Shown piece after piece: positions 15,025-29,068 of a stretch of 64,000 nucleotides of DNA. The notes under the pieces are model-generated. The model worked only from the letters and a program-made list of their open reading frames with translations, did not search any database and was not told where the DNA came from. Every line of letters starts with the position of its first letter. The stretch's first letter is position 1. The DNA comes from the human T2T-CHM13v2.0 reference genome, Homo sapiens. Position numbers and translations under genes: made by a program. Where the stretch lies: the NCBI RefSeq assembly GCF_009914755.1, contig NC_060926.1. One strand, 5' to 3'.

Positions 15025-15808
15025 TGCTTGTTTGGGTTGTGTCCTCCCAAAATTCATTGTTGCAGTCCTAACCCCAGTACATCAGTATGTGGCTTCAGTA
15101 GGTTTTTGCAGATGTAATTAGTTAAGATGAGGCATACCAGAGTAGGGTGACCTCCTGTCCAATATGACTAGTGTTCTCATAAGATGGGGAATTTGCACAG
15201 AGACAGGCAGACTGGGAGAACAAACACCGTGTGATCACGAAGGTAGAGAAAAAGATGATACATTGTTGTGCCAAACTTCTATTGATCCCAGTGGGGATAG
15301 CACCAGGTTCAAGAGCCAAAGAAGAGACCCAGAGCCAGCAAATGAGATGTAGGGTTTACATACAGGGGTCAGAGTCCAGCGGCGGCAGGCTGGGCAGGAG
15401 AACCGCCTTACATACAGTCCAGTGGTTGGACAGGATAGCCCAGTGGCAGCGGGCTAAGCAGAAGAACCACAGCCACCTTCAAAAGACACGCAGTTTCTAC
15501 AGCATTTTCACTTAGCACCCTTTTTCTAACAACCTCCACCTGGTAACCTTCATTCAACCCAAACTCAGGGCCTTGAGTATGGCTGGTGGGCTCAGATGTT
15601 CCTTACAGACAGGGGACAGATCTCCGGGTTGGCAACTCCCAGATTCCTTGGAATCACATTCAGGTGCATCTGCCATACAGGATCATTCTCTGGGTATGCT
15701 TAAGCTATTGCTATCAGGTGCATCTACCATACACATAACTGCAAGTCAAGGAATGCCAGCATTCCCAGCAAGCCACCAGAAGCTATGGAGAGGAATGGAA
15801 CAGGTTTT
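15025..15808 (+). mobile_element. MLT1C-like MaLR LTR, 3'-truncated and interrupted by LTR47
   Basis: 'gtcctcccaaaattcattgttgcagtcctaacccc...tttgcagatgtaattagttaagatgagg', resuming after the insert with 'caagtcaaggaatgccagcattcccagcaagccaccagaagcta'. Confidence 0.85.
15264..15733 (-). mobile_element. LTR47-like ERV-L solo LTR
   Basis: TG...CA termini; reverse complement begins 'tgtatggtagatgcacctgatagcaatagcttaagcataccc'. Family name from memory. Confidence 0.7.
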
Positions 15809-15874
15809 AACAGCAGCACAGTATGCCTTGTAATTGCCTTGTACCTTCCTACACCTTTGAAATCCTTTAAAATA

Positions 15875-16056
15875 GATATTCCTCTTGCTGTGCAGAAGCT
15901 CTTTCGTTTAATTAGATCTCATTTGTCAATTTTTGCTTTTGTTACAATTGCTTTTGGTGATTCCATCATAAAAATCTTTGCCTATGCCTATGTCCTGAAT
16001 GTTATTGCCTAGATTTTCTTCTAGGGTTTTTCTAGTTTTGGGTTTTACATTTAAGT
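15875..16056 (-). mobile_element. Inverted 5' segment of a twin-primed L1PA (ORF2 fragment)
   Basis: Antisense ORF2 'ttgctgtgcagaagctcttt...gcctagattttcttctagggttttt...ttacatttaagt' abutting a sense segment of the same L1. Confidence 0.88.
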
Positions 16057-17390
16057 ACAGACAACCCACAGAATGGGAGAAGATTTTTACGACCTATCCA
16101 TCTGACAAAGTTCTAACATCAAAAATCTACAAGGAACTTAAGCAAATTTACAAAAAATAAAAAAAACATTAAAAAGTGGGCAAACGACATGAACAGACAC
16201 TTCTCAAAAGAAGACATACTATGTCTAAAGAAGGCCTATTATGCAGCCATAAAAAAGGATGAGTTCATGTCCTTTGCAGGGACATGGATGAAGTTGGAAA
16301 CCATCATTCTAAGCAAACTATCACAAGGACAGAAAACCACACCATGTGTTCTCACTCATAAGTGGGAGTTGAACAATGAGAACACATGGACACAGGGTGG
16401 GGAAAAACACACACTGGGGCCAGTCGGTGGGTGGGGAGCTGGGGGAGGGATAGCATTAGGAGAAATACCTAATGTAAATGACGAGTTGATGGGTGCAGCA
16501 AACCAACATGACATATGTATACCTATGTAACAAATCTGCACGTTGTGCACATGCACCCTAGAACTTAAAGTGTAATATAAAAAGGCATACATGCAGCCAA
16601 TAAATATATGAAAAAAAGCTCAACATCACTGATCATTAGAGAAATGCAAATCAAAACCACAGTGATATACCATCTCATGCCAGTCAGAATGTTGATTATT
16701 AAAAAGTCGAGAAACAACAGATGCTGGCAAGATTGTGGAGAAATAGGAACACTTTTACACTGTTGGTGGGAATATAAATTAGTTCAACCATTGTGGGAGA
16801 CAGCCTGGTGTTTCCTCAAAGGTTTGGAACCAGAAATCCCATTTGACCCAGCAATCCCATTAGTAGGTATATACCCAAAGGAATAAAAATCATGTTATTA
16901 TAAAGATACATGCACACATGTGTTCACTGCAGCACTATTCACAATAGCAAAGACATGGAATCCACCCAAATGCCTATCAATAATAGACTGGATTAAGACA
17001 ATGTTTTACATATATACCATGGAATACTAGGCAGCCATAAAAAGACATTTTAGATCACATCCTTTCTAGGGACATGGATGAAGCTGGAAGTCATTAACCT
17101 CAGCAAACTAACCAGAAACAGAAAACCAAACACCGCATGTTCTCACTTAGAAGTAGGAGGTGAACAATGAGAACACATGGACACAGAGAGGGGAACAACA
17201 CACAGTAGGGCCAGTCAGGAAGGAGTGTGGGGGAGAGAGCATCAGGAAAAATTACTAATGCACATGGGGCTTAATACCTAGGTGATGGGTTGATGGGTGC
17301 AGCAAACCACCAAGGTTTACCTATGTAACAAACCTACGCATCCTGCATAGGTACCCCAGAACTTAAAATAAAATATAAATAAATAAATAC
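16057..17390 (+). mobile_element. L1PA10-like 3' end (ORF2 C-terminus and 3' UTR), interrupted by a younger L1
   Basis: ORF 16608-16886 gives L1 ORF2 C-terminal peptide ([10 protein letters not shown]...[18 protein letters not shown]); 3' UTR 'gcatcaggaaaaattactaatgcac...ttaatacctaggtgatggg'; A-rich tail. Confidence 0.9.
16237..16581 (+). mobile_element. Younger L1PA (PA6/PA7-like) 5'-truncated 3' end nested in the older L1
   Basis: 'gatagcattaggagaaatacctaatgtaaatgacgagttgatgggtgcagc...agaacttaaagt'; flanked by AAGACATAC/AAGGCATAC (TSD-like); G-quadruplex-type motif G3-T-G4-AGCT-G5-A-G3 at 16429-16449. Confidence 0.88.
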
Positions 17391-17827
17391 TGTTTCTCAA
17401 CTTATCCTAAATTTGAGCATGCCATTCATCTCTCAGGCCACTAACTTTTACAGATCTTCCCTCTTTTCTATACATACTCACTCCCTTCCTCATCTCATAT
17501 AGGCACATGACTGTCTCCAATACTGTCTCTATGCTAGATGTCGCCAATGAATTCCAGACTCTTCTAATTGCCCACTCATCATTTCTCCTTAGTTGTTTAA
17601 TAGGCATTGTAAACCTTTACATACCCAAAGTTAAGTTGTCGATATTGTCCCCACACTTGTTCCTCTTACAGTCTTCTGTCTCACTAAATGTCACCCCATT
17701 CTTCTAGTACCTTGGGCCAAAAACTTTGGAGTGGCTTAGGTTTTTGTTACTTCATGATTATGTATCTGACATCACACATCCAATCCATCTTGTTCAGCCT
17801 ACATAAAAACATCAATACATCCAGAAT

Positions 17828-18825
<998 letters not shown>

Positions 18826-19818
18826 TTATATACACATATGTCTGTCTATATAATATAAATCCACATATATATATATGTTCAGGATTTTCTCCCTTCTCAC
18901 CACTTCCACTAACACCACCTGGGTATGGGCCCATCCTGCCTCACTGCAATGATTGCAGTAGCTTCCTCCCTGGTCTCTCCTCCTCCAAGTTGCTTCATCG
19001 TAGTTTATGCTCCACAAGAGTGAGCCAGAATGATCCTATTAACATCACAATATTCAGATCATGTCATTCCTCCATTTGACACCCTGAGGCATTTCCCATG
19101 TCTTCTAGAGTAAAAGTCCAAGTCTTTAAAGTGGCCTGTAAGGCTCTCCATCATCAGGCCTCAGGCACCCTAAGTCTAGTCTCCTACCTTCTCGTCTCCG
19201 TCTCCACTTTCACCCCATGTGTAGTCTCCTTATAACTCTTTCTTCTCTTGCTCTGCCTCAGTCACCCCAGGCCTAGCCTCCTTCCTTCCATCGCTCCTCT
19301 CCCTCTACCCAGCCACACTGGCCTCCTAGCTGCTCCCTGAACACAGCTCATCACTTCAAACACATCGTGCTCAGTGCTCCTCCTGCATGGAAGACCCTCT
19401 CCTTCACTTCTATCAGGCCCTGCCCAGTCCCATCTCATCACTGAGGCCTTTCCCTGCACCCGCTAGGGAATATTAAGCAACCCCCACCCTGACACTGCCT
19501 AGGCTGCTTTATTTGCCTCTGTAGAAATTACAACTATCCAGTGCATGCAATGTATAGTATTGCTTACTTGGTTATTGACTGTATTTCTCTCCCCACCAGG
19601 ATCCTTGAAGGCAGAGACTGTGTTCACTGGTGCCTCCTCTGCACCTAGAATGATGTCTGGCACCCAGTATACACATGATACATATTCACTGAATAAACGA
19701 ATGAAGGAAATATCTATGCATCTGTTCCTGACCTAGATGAATAATTAATGCAATTAATAAAACTTCAGACATTTCCTCATTGGGGTCTGTCTCTGAAATT
19801 TAGCCTTTTTTTAAATAA

Positions 19819-20092
<274 letters not shown>

Positions 20093-20186
20093 TCTTTTAG
20101 ATTCAAGGGTACATGTGCAGGTTTGTTACATGGATATATTTCATGATTATGGGGCTGGTATATGAATAATGCCCTGTCACCCATAG
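20093..20186 (-). mobile_element. L1PA15/16-like extreme 3' end fragment
   Basis: 'ttttagattcaagggtacatgtgcaggtttgttacatggatatatt'. Confidence 0.75.
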
Positions 20187-20419
20187 CTCATCATTTAAAA
20201 AAAATTACTTTCCACTTGAATCAGGAGCACATAGATGAAGTGAGCCACAGACCCTTGAGGCCAGTTATATCTCCTTCTGCCTGACCTGCCATGCTTAGGT
20301 CGTCTCCAGGCTTATGGCTTGCCTTTCTCCATGTACTATTTTAGGCTTTGGCAACACTAGACTCTACTGAAGTTCTTACAATGCACTGTGACCTCCCTCA
20401 TCCCTAGCCCTTTACTCAG

Positions 20420-20488
20420 TGTATCAGTCAGTGTTCTCTAGAGGAAGAGAACCAACAGGATAGATAGATGGTAGATTGATTGATAGAC

Positions 20489-20526
<38 letters not shown>

Positions 20527-21135
20527 ATAGATAGATGATAGATGATAGAGATAGATAGGGAGATAGATTAGATAGATAGATAGATGATAGAGATAGATAG
20601 GGAGATAGATGACAGAGATAGAGATAGATAAACAGATAAATAGGAAGATAAAGAGATAGATATTATAGGTAATTATTGCTTATGCAATGATGGAGGCAGT
20701 GAAGTCTCAAGGTCTGCCATCTGAAAGCTGAAGACGTAGAAGAACCAATCGTGTAGTTTTAGTCTAAGCCCAAAGGGCTGATAACCAGGAGAACCAGTGC
20801 TGTAAGTGTTGGTCTGGAAGCCAAGAGGCTTGACAACCAAGAAGAGTTGATGTTTCAGTTTGAGTTCAAAGGCAGAAAAGACCAATGTTCCAGCACCTGC
20901 AGTCAGGCAGGAGTTCCAACTAACTTGTGGTTGGGTCAACCTTTTTGTTCTGCTCAGGCCTTTGACTGATTGGTTTCTGGCCATGCACATTAAGGAAGAA
21001 AATCTGTTTTACTCAGTCTAATGATACAAATGTTAGTCTCATTAAAACACCCTCACACACACCCAGAATATCGTTTGACCAAATATCTGAGCACCCATGG
21101 CCCAGGCAATTTGACATACAAAATTAACCATCACA
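20420..21135 (-). mobile_element. MLT2B-like ERV-L solo LTR (lying within an L2 fragment)
   Basis: Termini 'tgtatcagtcagtgttctctagag' and 'ttgacatacaaaattaaccatcaca'; internal GATA array typical of MLT2. Confidence 0.9.
20459..20660. repeat. Compound (AGAT)n STR with (AGAT)9 core
   Basis: Pure AGAT x9 at 20489-20524 with degenerate GATA flanks. Confidence 0.95.
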
Positions 21136-21664
21136 CTCCATTTTAGTCCTCCTTTCACCTGACTATATCTTACTCACAGGTCTCAGTTGGGAACGCCCCT
21201 TTTGGGAAGTGGGCTCCAAGCACCTCAGCTCATGATTAACTTTTTGTGCAGTGTACTCAGAGCAAATGCTTTCTTCCTATCATGGTTCTCCACCTCTGGA
21301 TTGTAATTTTGGTTTGATTTAAGGAGCAGCTTTTTCTGCTTATGACTGCGTCCTAAAGCCTGGTACAATGCCTGCAGCAGAAGAGGTTCTCCAGATTATT
21401 TTTTCCAACTGTGCATATGAGCGATGGTCCATGGAGGGCCTGGAATCCCAAATTCCTTTCAGCAGGGAACATGAGCAAGAGATGCTAAGACAATGAAAGA
21501 AAAAGGAAGATAGTGAAAGTAAATGGTGTGATAGCATCTTACAAATTAAATGGAAGAGAGAGTCTGAATTCAGTGACAGTTCATGTAATTATTACACAAT
21601 TTATTGTATTAGAAAAACTTCAAGGATCCCAGCCTCTGACCTGGCAGGCATTTGGGACCCTCAT

Positions 21665-21810
21665 ACTTCAATTCTATTCAAATGGTGGACATGGGCTAAC
21701 AGCTTCAGCTTCACAGGGGCTCTGTCAGAAATGCATACTCAGACCTACTGAATAAAAATCTGCATCTTAATGTAGTCTCCAGGTGACGTGAGAAGGCGTA
21801 GAAGCTCTGA
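21665..21810. mobile_element. MER5-like hAT-Charlie MITE fragment
   Basis: 'cagaaatgcatactcagacctactgaataaaaatctgcatcttaa...tctccaggtga'. Confidence 0.7.
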
Positions 21811-21819
21811 GCTATGGCT

Positions 21820-21980
21820 GCTAACCAGTTGCGTAAATATGGGGAACTTACTTAACTTCTAGACCAACATCTCCTCATCTGTAAAGTGGGGACAGTGATA
21901 CCCAGGGTTGTTGTAACAACTAAATGAGATCTCTCCTGCTGGCTGCAGTGCCTGGAGTAGAGTAGAAGTTCAATGGGTTT
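21820..21980 (+). mobile_element. MIR SINE
   Basis: 'ttacttaacttct...ctcctcatctgtaaagtggggacagtgatacccagggttgttgtaacaactaaatgagat'. Confidence 0.8.
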
Positions 21981-22109
21981 TAATTTTTTGTTCATCATGA
22001 AAGCCATGGGTAAATGGAAGTGGACAGAATGATCACTGTGTCTGCTCTCTAGCTGCTGCGGTGGGACTGTGCTCACCTCAGTACTGATGCTCTTAACAAA
22101 AGCTTGCTT

Positions 22110-22250
22110 TTGTTTACCAATGTTCACTGAGTACTAATTATACTAAAGTTCTGTGCTAGATGCTGTTACAGACCCAGAAGATAAATAAAACCAACGCCCT
22201 GTCCTGAATGAATTCATAGAATAGTAGAGGAACATAAACGCATATGAAGT
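22110..22250 (-). mobile_element. L2 3' end fragment
   Basis: 'tgttcactgagtactaattatactaaagttctgtgctagatgctg'. Confidence 0.55.
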
Positions 22251-22779
22251 CAGAAACTGAGAAGTGCCAGCCAAGGTATTAAGAAAGTTAGAGAATGGAA
22301 ACATTTCTTCTTAGCATATATTTTATGTTTCCCTAGTAGCTGTTGTCTCAATTTATTTCTCATTACTGAAATACATATTTAATAAGAGGTACCCAGGCTC
22401 ACCCTACAAAATTAATGTTCACTTTTTACTGTGTTCTTGTTTTGAGCAAGACTTATTCTCTTTCATATTTTAAAAATTGGAATTAATATGCTCTTTCAGA
22501 ATAGTTCAATTTAATTACTACTTTAAAATTCAAAGAGAAACATCATTAAATATTAATAGGCCAATCTGCAAAAACAAATTTTGCTGGAGGTTTTGCGTAG
22601 GTAAATGCAGATTTGAGAAAGTATGACAGCCCTTGAGAAATAATAGGACTAAGAACCAGTTTGCATTCTCCAGACCTCATTTCCTTACTCATAAAATTGA
22701 GTCTCAGAACTGTGATCCCCAGGTTCTGTAGGTCTATGCTGGTGGCATTTAGAAAAATAGCTATTAAAGCCATGTAGGT

Positions 22780-23081
22780 ACTGTTGGTGAGAGAAGGGAA
22801 CTGACATGGTGTGCAAAAGGGAGTGATGAGGACTGTGGAGAACTGCAGAGACCCGCTTTGGGTGAGAGGGTAGATGTCATGTCTCTTAGGTCCAGCCAGT
22901 GTTCCCTGTAGGATGTCCAGAACTGCCTTTTTAGAAGTTGGAAATCTGTATTTTAATGTAAAATATCCTGCTTTTATTTTTATGTTTTAAAATATTAGTT
23001 CAATGTTAAGCATGATGCTTGCCAAACCAAGCATATCTATATTCTAAATTAAGTCTTCCGGCTTCAAGTTTGCAACTTCTC
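22780..23081. mobile_element. MER103-like hAT-Charlie element
   Basis: 'ggaaatctgtattttaatgtaaaatatcctg...gccaaaccaagcatatct...caagtttgcaacttct' resembles the MER103C end as recalled. Confidence 0.55.
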
Positions 23082-23149
23082 ACCTATACCAAGGGCCTAT
23101 GAGCAGTCAATCATCAATCACAATTACCCAACAGAGTTGACCTGCAACT

Positions 23150-23332
23150 CTGCGACTCCCAACCCAGACAAAACATTCGCCTCATCTGGAGAGCATTTTG
23201 CAACAAGCAGGGCCTGAATCCCACCTGCAGTGATTCTGATTCAATCAGTCTTGGGTTGGTCTCTGACTTCCGTAAGCTTTCAAAATTCCTCAGATGATTC
23301 CAATACGCAGCTGGGTTTGAGAAGCATTGGTC
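23150..23332. mobile_element. MER5A/B MITE
   Basis: 'cagtgattctgattcaatcagtcttgggttgg...cctcagatgattccaatacgcagctgggtttgagaagcattg'. Confidence 0.8.
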
Positions 23333-24714
23333 TGGAGGAATCGTGTCTGTTTCTACCTGGCTGCCACCGCCTCGCCTTGCTCCCATGGCTCTCAGGTCCC
23401 CAGGACTGCCTAAGAACTTCTTCCAGCAACACTTGCCTTTTTTGTTGTTCCAGAACATTTACTGGTGATGAGAGACTCTAAAGAAGTCACAGCTTGCTTC
23501 CTTTCTGAAGAACGTTGTGATTTTGGCTCACGTGCAGTGCACGACAACTCTTCTCCAACAGCATGACATAGTCCACTGTCTCAGGATCCCATTTTTCCAC
23601 CAGCTGCAGAGCAGGAAGGGACAAATCAAAGTAGGTATCCTTTTGCTATTTTTCAATTTTATGCTGTCTAAACAATATTCATAACAAGCGCTGTGGTAAA
23701 TCTCTCATTTACTGTCACAGTTGTTCTACTGTTTTGGTGTACTTTTATATTTTTACTCCCTCTAAGTATTGAAAACAAATTAAATCCAGCAAAATAGAAG
23801 ATCCAGGGAATACAACAAATAATTATTCCTGCCAAGCACGAGTATTTAGCACCTGCATGTTTGGGAAACGTTCAAACTGGTTTGCTTTGTATATGCTGTA
23901 AAAGTGCTCCCCGGAGCTAAGGAAATCTCTTTTGGATTTACTTGTTATTTATGTATTCATTTGATTTTTAAAATATAGGCAATAGGCAAATTAGGTTAGG
24001 TTGCAAGGTCTCTGGGTACAGCCACAAGATTTTGGAATATTGCATTTGGCCTGGATCTCATATCAGAGTCAGGTTTGGGTTATTAATCTGTGGACCTGGG
24101 GCTGGATGGATTATATTAAAGTAAGACTTTGTACACTTTCATATAACTCATTTTTGTCACGCGGCATTATATTTCTCAGTGGCTAAACCTTCACAAATGG
24201 CTCATAAATATTTTGTGAATGAAGGTTTGGGGATGATAGTGTGTCATAGCAAGAGTGAAATGATGCAAGAGATGGGAGAAAGGGAAAGTGAGCTGCAGAA
24301 TTTTCACTGCTCCTGCATATCATAGAGAACTGATTTAGAGGCCTGGGTAGTTTCTCCTTAATTACTTCAGAGATGGTTTTGGAAAATGCAACTCTAAATG
24401 GAGCGCAGGATGATTTATGGTACTATTTTATGAGATGGAATTAAAAATTCAAACCAGAATGTGTAACTGTGGCAGCATGGGGCTACTCATTAAGAGGCAG
24501 TGAACACTGCCATTCATTTGCCTGCACCTGCTGGGGGTGGGGGTGGGGGAAACATGCTGATACCTGCCCACTTGACTGGGCTTGGCAAGAATAAGAGCTT
24601 CCTGGATCAGTGACTGGAGAAAAACTCTTTGGGGAGGCGGGAGAAACTCCCCAACGTCTGTAATGAGAACAGTTGGCAACTTACACAGTACAGGACAGTC
24701 AGGCATCCACACAG

Positions 24715-24885
24715 TGTGGAATCCAGACACACAGCTCTGCAATTTAAGAGCCTGTGGCTCAGCTTTCTTTATCTGTCAAACGGGATTGGTAACAACCACA
24801 GGCTACTCTGTAAAGATGACATAAAATCATATATGGAGAAGCCGCTGGTGAACTAGATTATGGAATATAAATGTGAATTATAGTG
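24715..24885 (+). mobile_element. MIR (decayed)
   Basis: 'ctcagctttctttatctgtcaaacgggattggtaacaacc'. Confidence 0.55.
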
Positions 24886-26219
24886 CGTTATTATAAAATC
24901 TCCAAGGAAACTGCCTCAGTATCTTTTATTATTAGCATGAAGCAGAACAATTGCTTCACAACTTGGTGGTCTATTAGGAGGTATGCTAGAGGCCACGAAG
25001 AACCCCACTTTGTGAAAAGTGTCTGGATTTTGCCCACTAGCATCCATTTAACCTTGATGGAGCTCTGGTTGTGTGCACAGGATATTTTGTTGGATCAGTA
25101 CTCATGGTCTACTCACATGTGCAAAGAAGAAGCAGTTTCTCCATCTTGTCTACAAGTGATAGGCTTTTTCTTAAGATCACCCTCTTGCTAAGTTGTGGGG
25201 ATAGATCAACTTGGTAACTTGAATCTTGGAGAGGTGAAATTATCTTTTCATGTTTCTCAACCTCTAGGAAAAAATGCTAAGACTTCTCCATTTCCCTTAT
25301 TTCCTCCCCAACAGCCATCTAAAATGGTTCATGTGACCTTGAGCCAACAGAGTGATGGAATCCTAAGGTCCAGGCAGAATCTTTTGCTGCCTCTGCTCTC
25401 TGAGTGGTATTCTTCCGTCCACCTGGTCCCTGTCAGCATCTGTAGCCAGTATAACTTGTGGTGGGTTCACTCTTGCTCCATTTGGTTCAGTAGCTTTTTT
25501 CTGCAACCTGGCCTCACCTGGATTCTCTCTTGTCCTCTGAATTTCAACCACATTCCCTTTCCACACCCGGTGTGGTCTTGATATAAGGTTCCTTCTCTCA
25601 TCATTAGAGGCCTATTGTTTCTGAACTCCACTGCCTTGAAGTTATCCCTCACAGGCTGGCAAAAGATCCCAGGTCCCACCCACACTACACCAGAAACAAG
25701 AGTGGCTCCAGAAAGTTAGACCCTGGCCATTCCTCTGATGATAATATTGGGGTTGCTAATTGCCTTTGATGTCACCCTCTCCCCTCACCTACTCCTCACC
25801 AACATGACGTAGTGGTAATCTCTACCAGAATCTGTTCTAGAGTTCTTTGCTTTTGACTTTTTTGTCTGTTAGCTAAATTATCTAAAATTCCTCCTGATCT
25901 CTGAGTCAAAGTCTGGACTCTTGCGCTCCTGCCTCACGGACTCAGTACCCAGGAACTGCCAAAGGCTGGCTGGACTTGCCATTGTTCTGTAGCACATCTT
26001 CCTTCTGTTTTGGCAAACAATCTTATGACCTGGTTGTCATGGATGGAAGGGATATCTTACAACACTATGGAAAACACTTTAAGATCTGAGTCCTCCAGGT
26101 TTGGTTCTGGTTATGCAAAATTGCTTTAACCTTTAGATAAATATTTTTCAAGAAAGCCTGGCTTCAGAGCCTTTTGTCTTACTGCAGAATCTTATTCTGA
26201 ATGACAAACATAAAAGTAG

Positions 26220-26557
26220 ATATTTATTTCATACATACCCCCTCTCCTACACACACAGAGACCATGTATCAGATACTATTCTAGACGCTAGGAATACAGT
26301 GGTAAAGAAAACAATAAATTCCTGCTTCCGAGGAACTGTCTTTCTAGTGTAGAGTGACAATCAGTAAACCAAATGAGTAAGTAAAGTAAACATACAAGGT
26401 GTTGATATGTGGTATGGAGGAAAATAAAGCAAGAGAGAATAAGTGATGCAGGTGAGTTTCTGGACATTAAGAGTGACATTTGAACTAGACTTGATAGATG
26501 ACAAGAAAGAAAACCATGCTATGTGGATTATCTGAGAGAAGGCCATGCTAGCAAAGG
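26220..26557 (-). mobile_element. L2a 3' end
   Basis: 'ctattctagacgctaggaatacagtggtaaagaaaaca', 'gtgacatttgaactagacttga'. Confidence 0.75.
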
Positions 26558-26579
26558 TCATATAAAAATTAAAAATAGA

Positions 26580-26878
26580 GGCTGGGCGCGGTGGCTCACG
26601 CCTGTAATCCCAGCACTTTGGGAGGCCGAGGTGGGCGGATCACGAGGTCAGGAGATCGAGACCATCCTGGTTAACACAGTGAAACCCTGTCTCTACTAAA
26701 AATACAAAAAAATTAGCCAGGCATGGTGGCGGGTGCCTGTAGTCCCAGCTATTCAGGAGGCTGAGGCAGGAGAATGGCGTGAACCCAGGAGGCAGAGCTT
26801 TTGGTGAGATTATGCCACTGCACTCCAACCTGGGCAACACAGTGAGACTCCATCTCAAAAAAAAAAAAAAGGAAAAAA
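26580..26878 (+). mobile_element. AluY
   Basis: 'ggatcacgaggtcaggagatcgagaccatcctggttaacacagtg', 'agaatggcgtgaacc'; poly(A) tail. Confidence 0.96.
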
Positions 26879-27062
26879 GATTAGAAAATCATGTTAATAT
26901 TTTCAAAATATCCTGATACTTTGTCATCACTGATCCTAAAAGTGCTTGGTGCTTTGTTTTAGGCAGGTATATCCACACTAAATATGATTAACAAATTATA
27001 TTTTCTAAAATGTCACAAAGATCAAGTCAAAAATCTCTGGGGAATCTTCTTATATGACAAAG

Positions 27063-27510
27063 TCATTTATTTATTCATATAGAATATAATAAGAGCTGTG
27101 GATAAACAGAAATGAATCTGATGGTGTAATATAATTCCTGCTTTCAAGGAGCTCTTGAAGAGTCAGAGAGGATGGACTTAATGATAAGAGTGTGTAATAA
27201 GATTGATGCCAGACATGAGCATGGGGTCTTTTGGAAATGTGGAGGCATTTAATATGCCCTGCGTGGGAGAGGGAAGTCAGAAGATAACTTCTCAGAGAAA
27301 GCAATACCTGATGTGGATCTTAAAGGGCGAGTAGAAGTTACCCAAACAATGCCGTGGAAGAGGTGATCAAAGCAGAAGGGGCAACATCAGTTAATGCATG
27401 CAGATGGGCCATGCAAGATGAGGTAAATGTGGCTCATAGCTTCTGGAAAGAAGACATGAGGTGGATGTTGATGAGAAATGAGGCTGGAGATGTGGACAGA
27501 ACAAGGAAAG
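27063..27510 (-). mobile_element. L2c-like 3' region
   Basis: 'cctgctttcaaggagctc', 'aagtcagaagataacttctcagag', 'ggatcttaaagggcgagtagaagtta', 'gaaatgaggctggaga'. Confidence 0.65.
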
Positions 27511-27934
27511 CCAAATTAAGTCCAAATTCCTTCACCGGCACATCTTCCTTACCAGGCACATTTCCAGCAGTGAGTCAACTACAGCCTTTGTTCTGTTTAA
27601 GCTGAGCTGGGTGTCAGGAGTGTCTTCCCTCTGCTGCTCATTCCTACAAAGAGTATTAGTTTCTTGAGTCCCGAGTACAGCTGCCATAGCCTGGGAGCCC
27701 TCCTTCATTGTGGCTGCCCAGGTGAGCTAACCAATATTTGCCTTAGGTTCCACTCTTGCTAGCTCCGTCACTGCCGCCTCTTGTTGTCATTTAAATGTTT
27801 CATGTATGTCTCTTTTCATTTTATGGATTATAAATTTGAGGGCACAAACTACCCTATGTTTCTCCTACATTGTCCAACATAATGTTCTGCATACTCAGGA
27901 TGTACTTGTTAAAAAATGCATTTTATTACTTTAA

Positions 27935-28125
27935 ACCTGCATTTTCCAATATGGTAACCACAAGACCCAGTTACTTAAACTTAAATTAAGAAGATCTGTG
28001 AACCTTCAGTTTCTTGATCTCATTAGTCACGTTTCAAGTACTTAGTACATGTACGGCTAGCGGCTACTGTATTGGGCAGCACAGAAAATATTTCCATCAT
28101 CACAATTGGCCATCACTGCTTTAGA
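27935..28125 (+). mobile_element. MER3 hAT-Charlie MITE
   Basis: 'tccaatatggtaacca', 'attagtcacgtttcaagtactt', 'ggctagcggctactgtattgggcagcacag...tttccatcatcaca'. Confidence 0.85.
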
Positions 28126-28329
28126 ATACTTTTTAAAAGGAGTTTCCAGGTGAGAACTGCTTCAGGCCATTTTTGGAATCATACCTATAAATTGTCAAAA
28201 GAGTGCCAGTCAATTCTATTGCACGTGATATTAAAGTTATTGATGAAACATTATAATGTGACTCCAGGTAATTTACTTTTACAAGCTTGGCAATACACAA
28301 AATGTAGATATTTATTGAAGAAATAAAAA

Positions 28330-28546
28330 TAGTAGCATTTTATTGATGTCTACTCTGTGCCAGGTATTATACTAATATGCTATATATTTTTATGCTATGC
28401 ATCTTTTAATCTTTAGCCCTTTGAAGTATATATTGTTGAAAAAGAGGAAACTGAGGTCATTCTCATGAAATAAATTACTTAGGATATACAGTCAGGAAGA
28501 AGTAGAGCCAGTATCCTAACCCAGAACTGGCGACCCAAAAGCCTGT
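28330..28546 (-). mobile_element. MIR SINE
   Basis: 'tttattgatgtctactctgtgccagg', 'gaggaaactgagg', 'gtagagccagtatcctaacccag'. Confidence 0.8.
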
Positions 28547-28601
28547 CCAGAGAATATTTTATTGATCTATCTATCTATCTATCTAATATTTATCTCTCTC
28601 A

Positions 28602-29030
<429 letters not shown>

Positions 29031-29068
29031 AGAAAGACCTACACATTTAAAGACACCTTTAGCCCTTC

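Larger units (their letters stand above)
14910..17452 (+). mobile_element. LTR33-like ERV-L LTR in pieces (~14910-15022, ~15820-15875, ~17391-17452)
   Basis: 'tgtgccctgggaggctgagctctatgaatgacatca', 'cacacctttg'-like 'tacacctttgaaatccttt' and 3' end 'aatttgagcatgccattcatctctcaggccactaacttttaca' resemble LTR33 as recalled. Confidence 0.55.

Noticed and set aside
16189-16886. L1 ORF2-like peptides
   Set aside because: Short fragments of truncated, nested, inactive L1 copies; not genes.
24533-24549. G5-T-G5-T-G5 as a G-quadruplex
   Set aside because: Only three G-runs; does not meet the canonical four-tract pattern.
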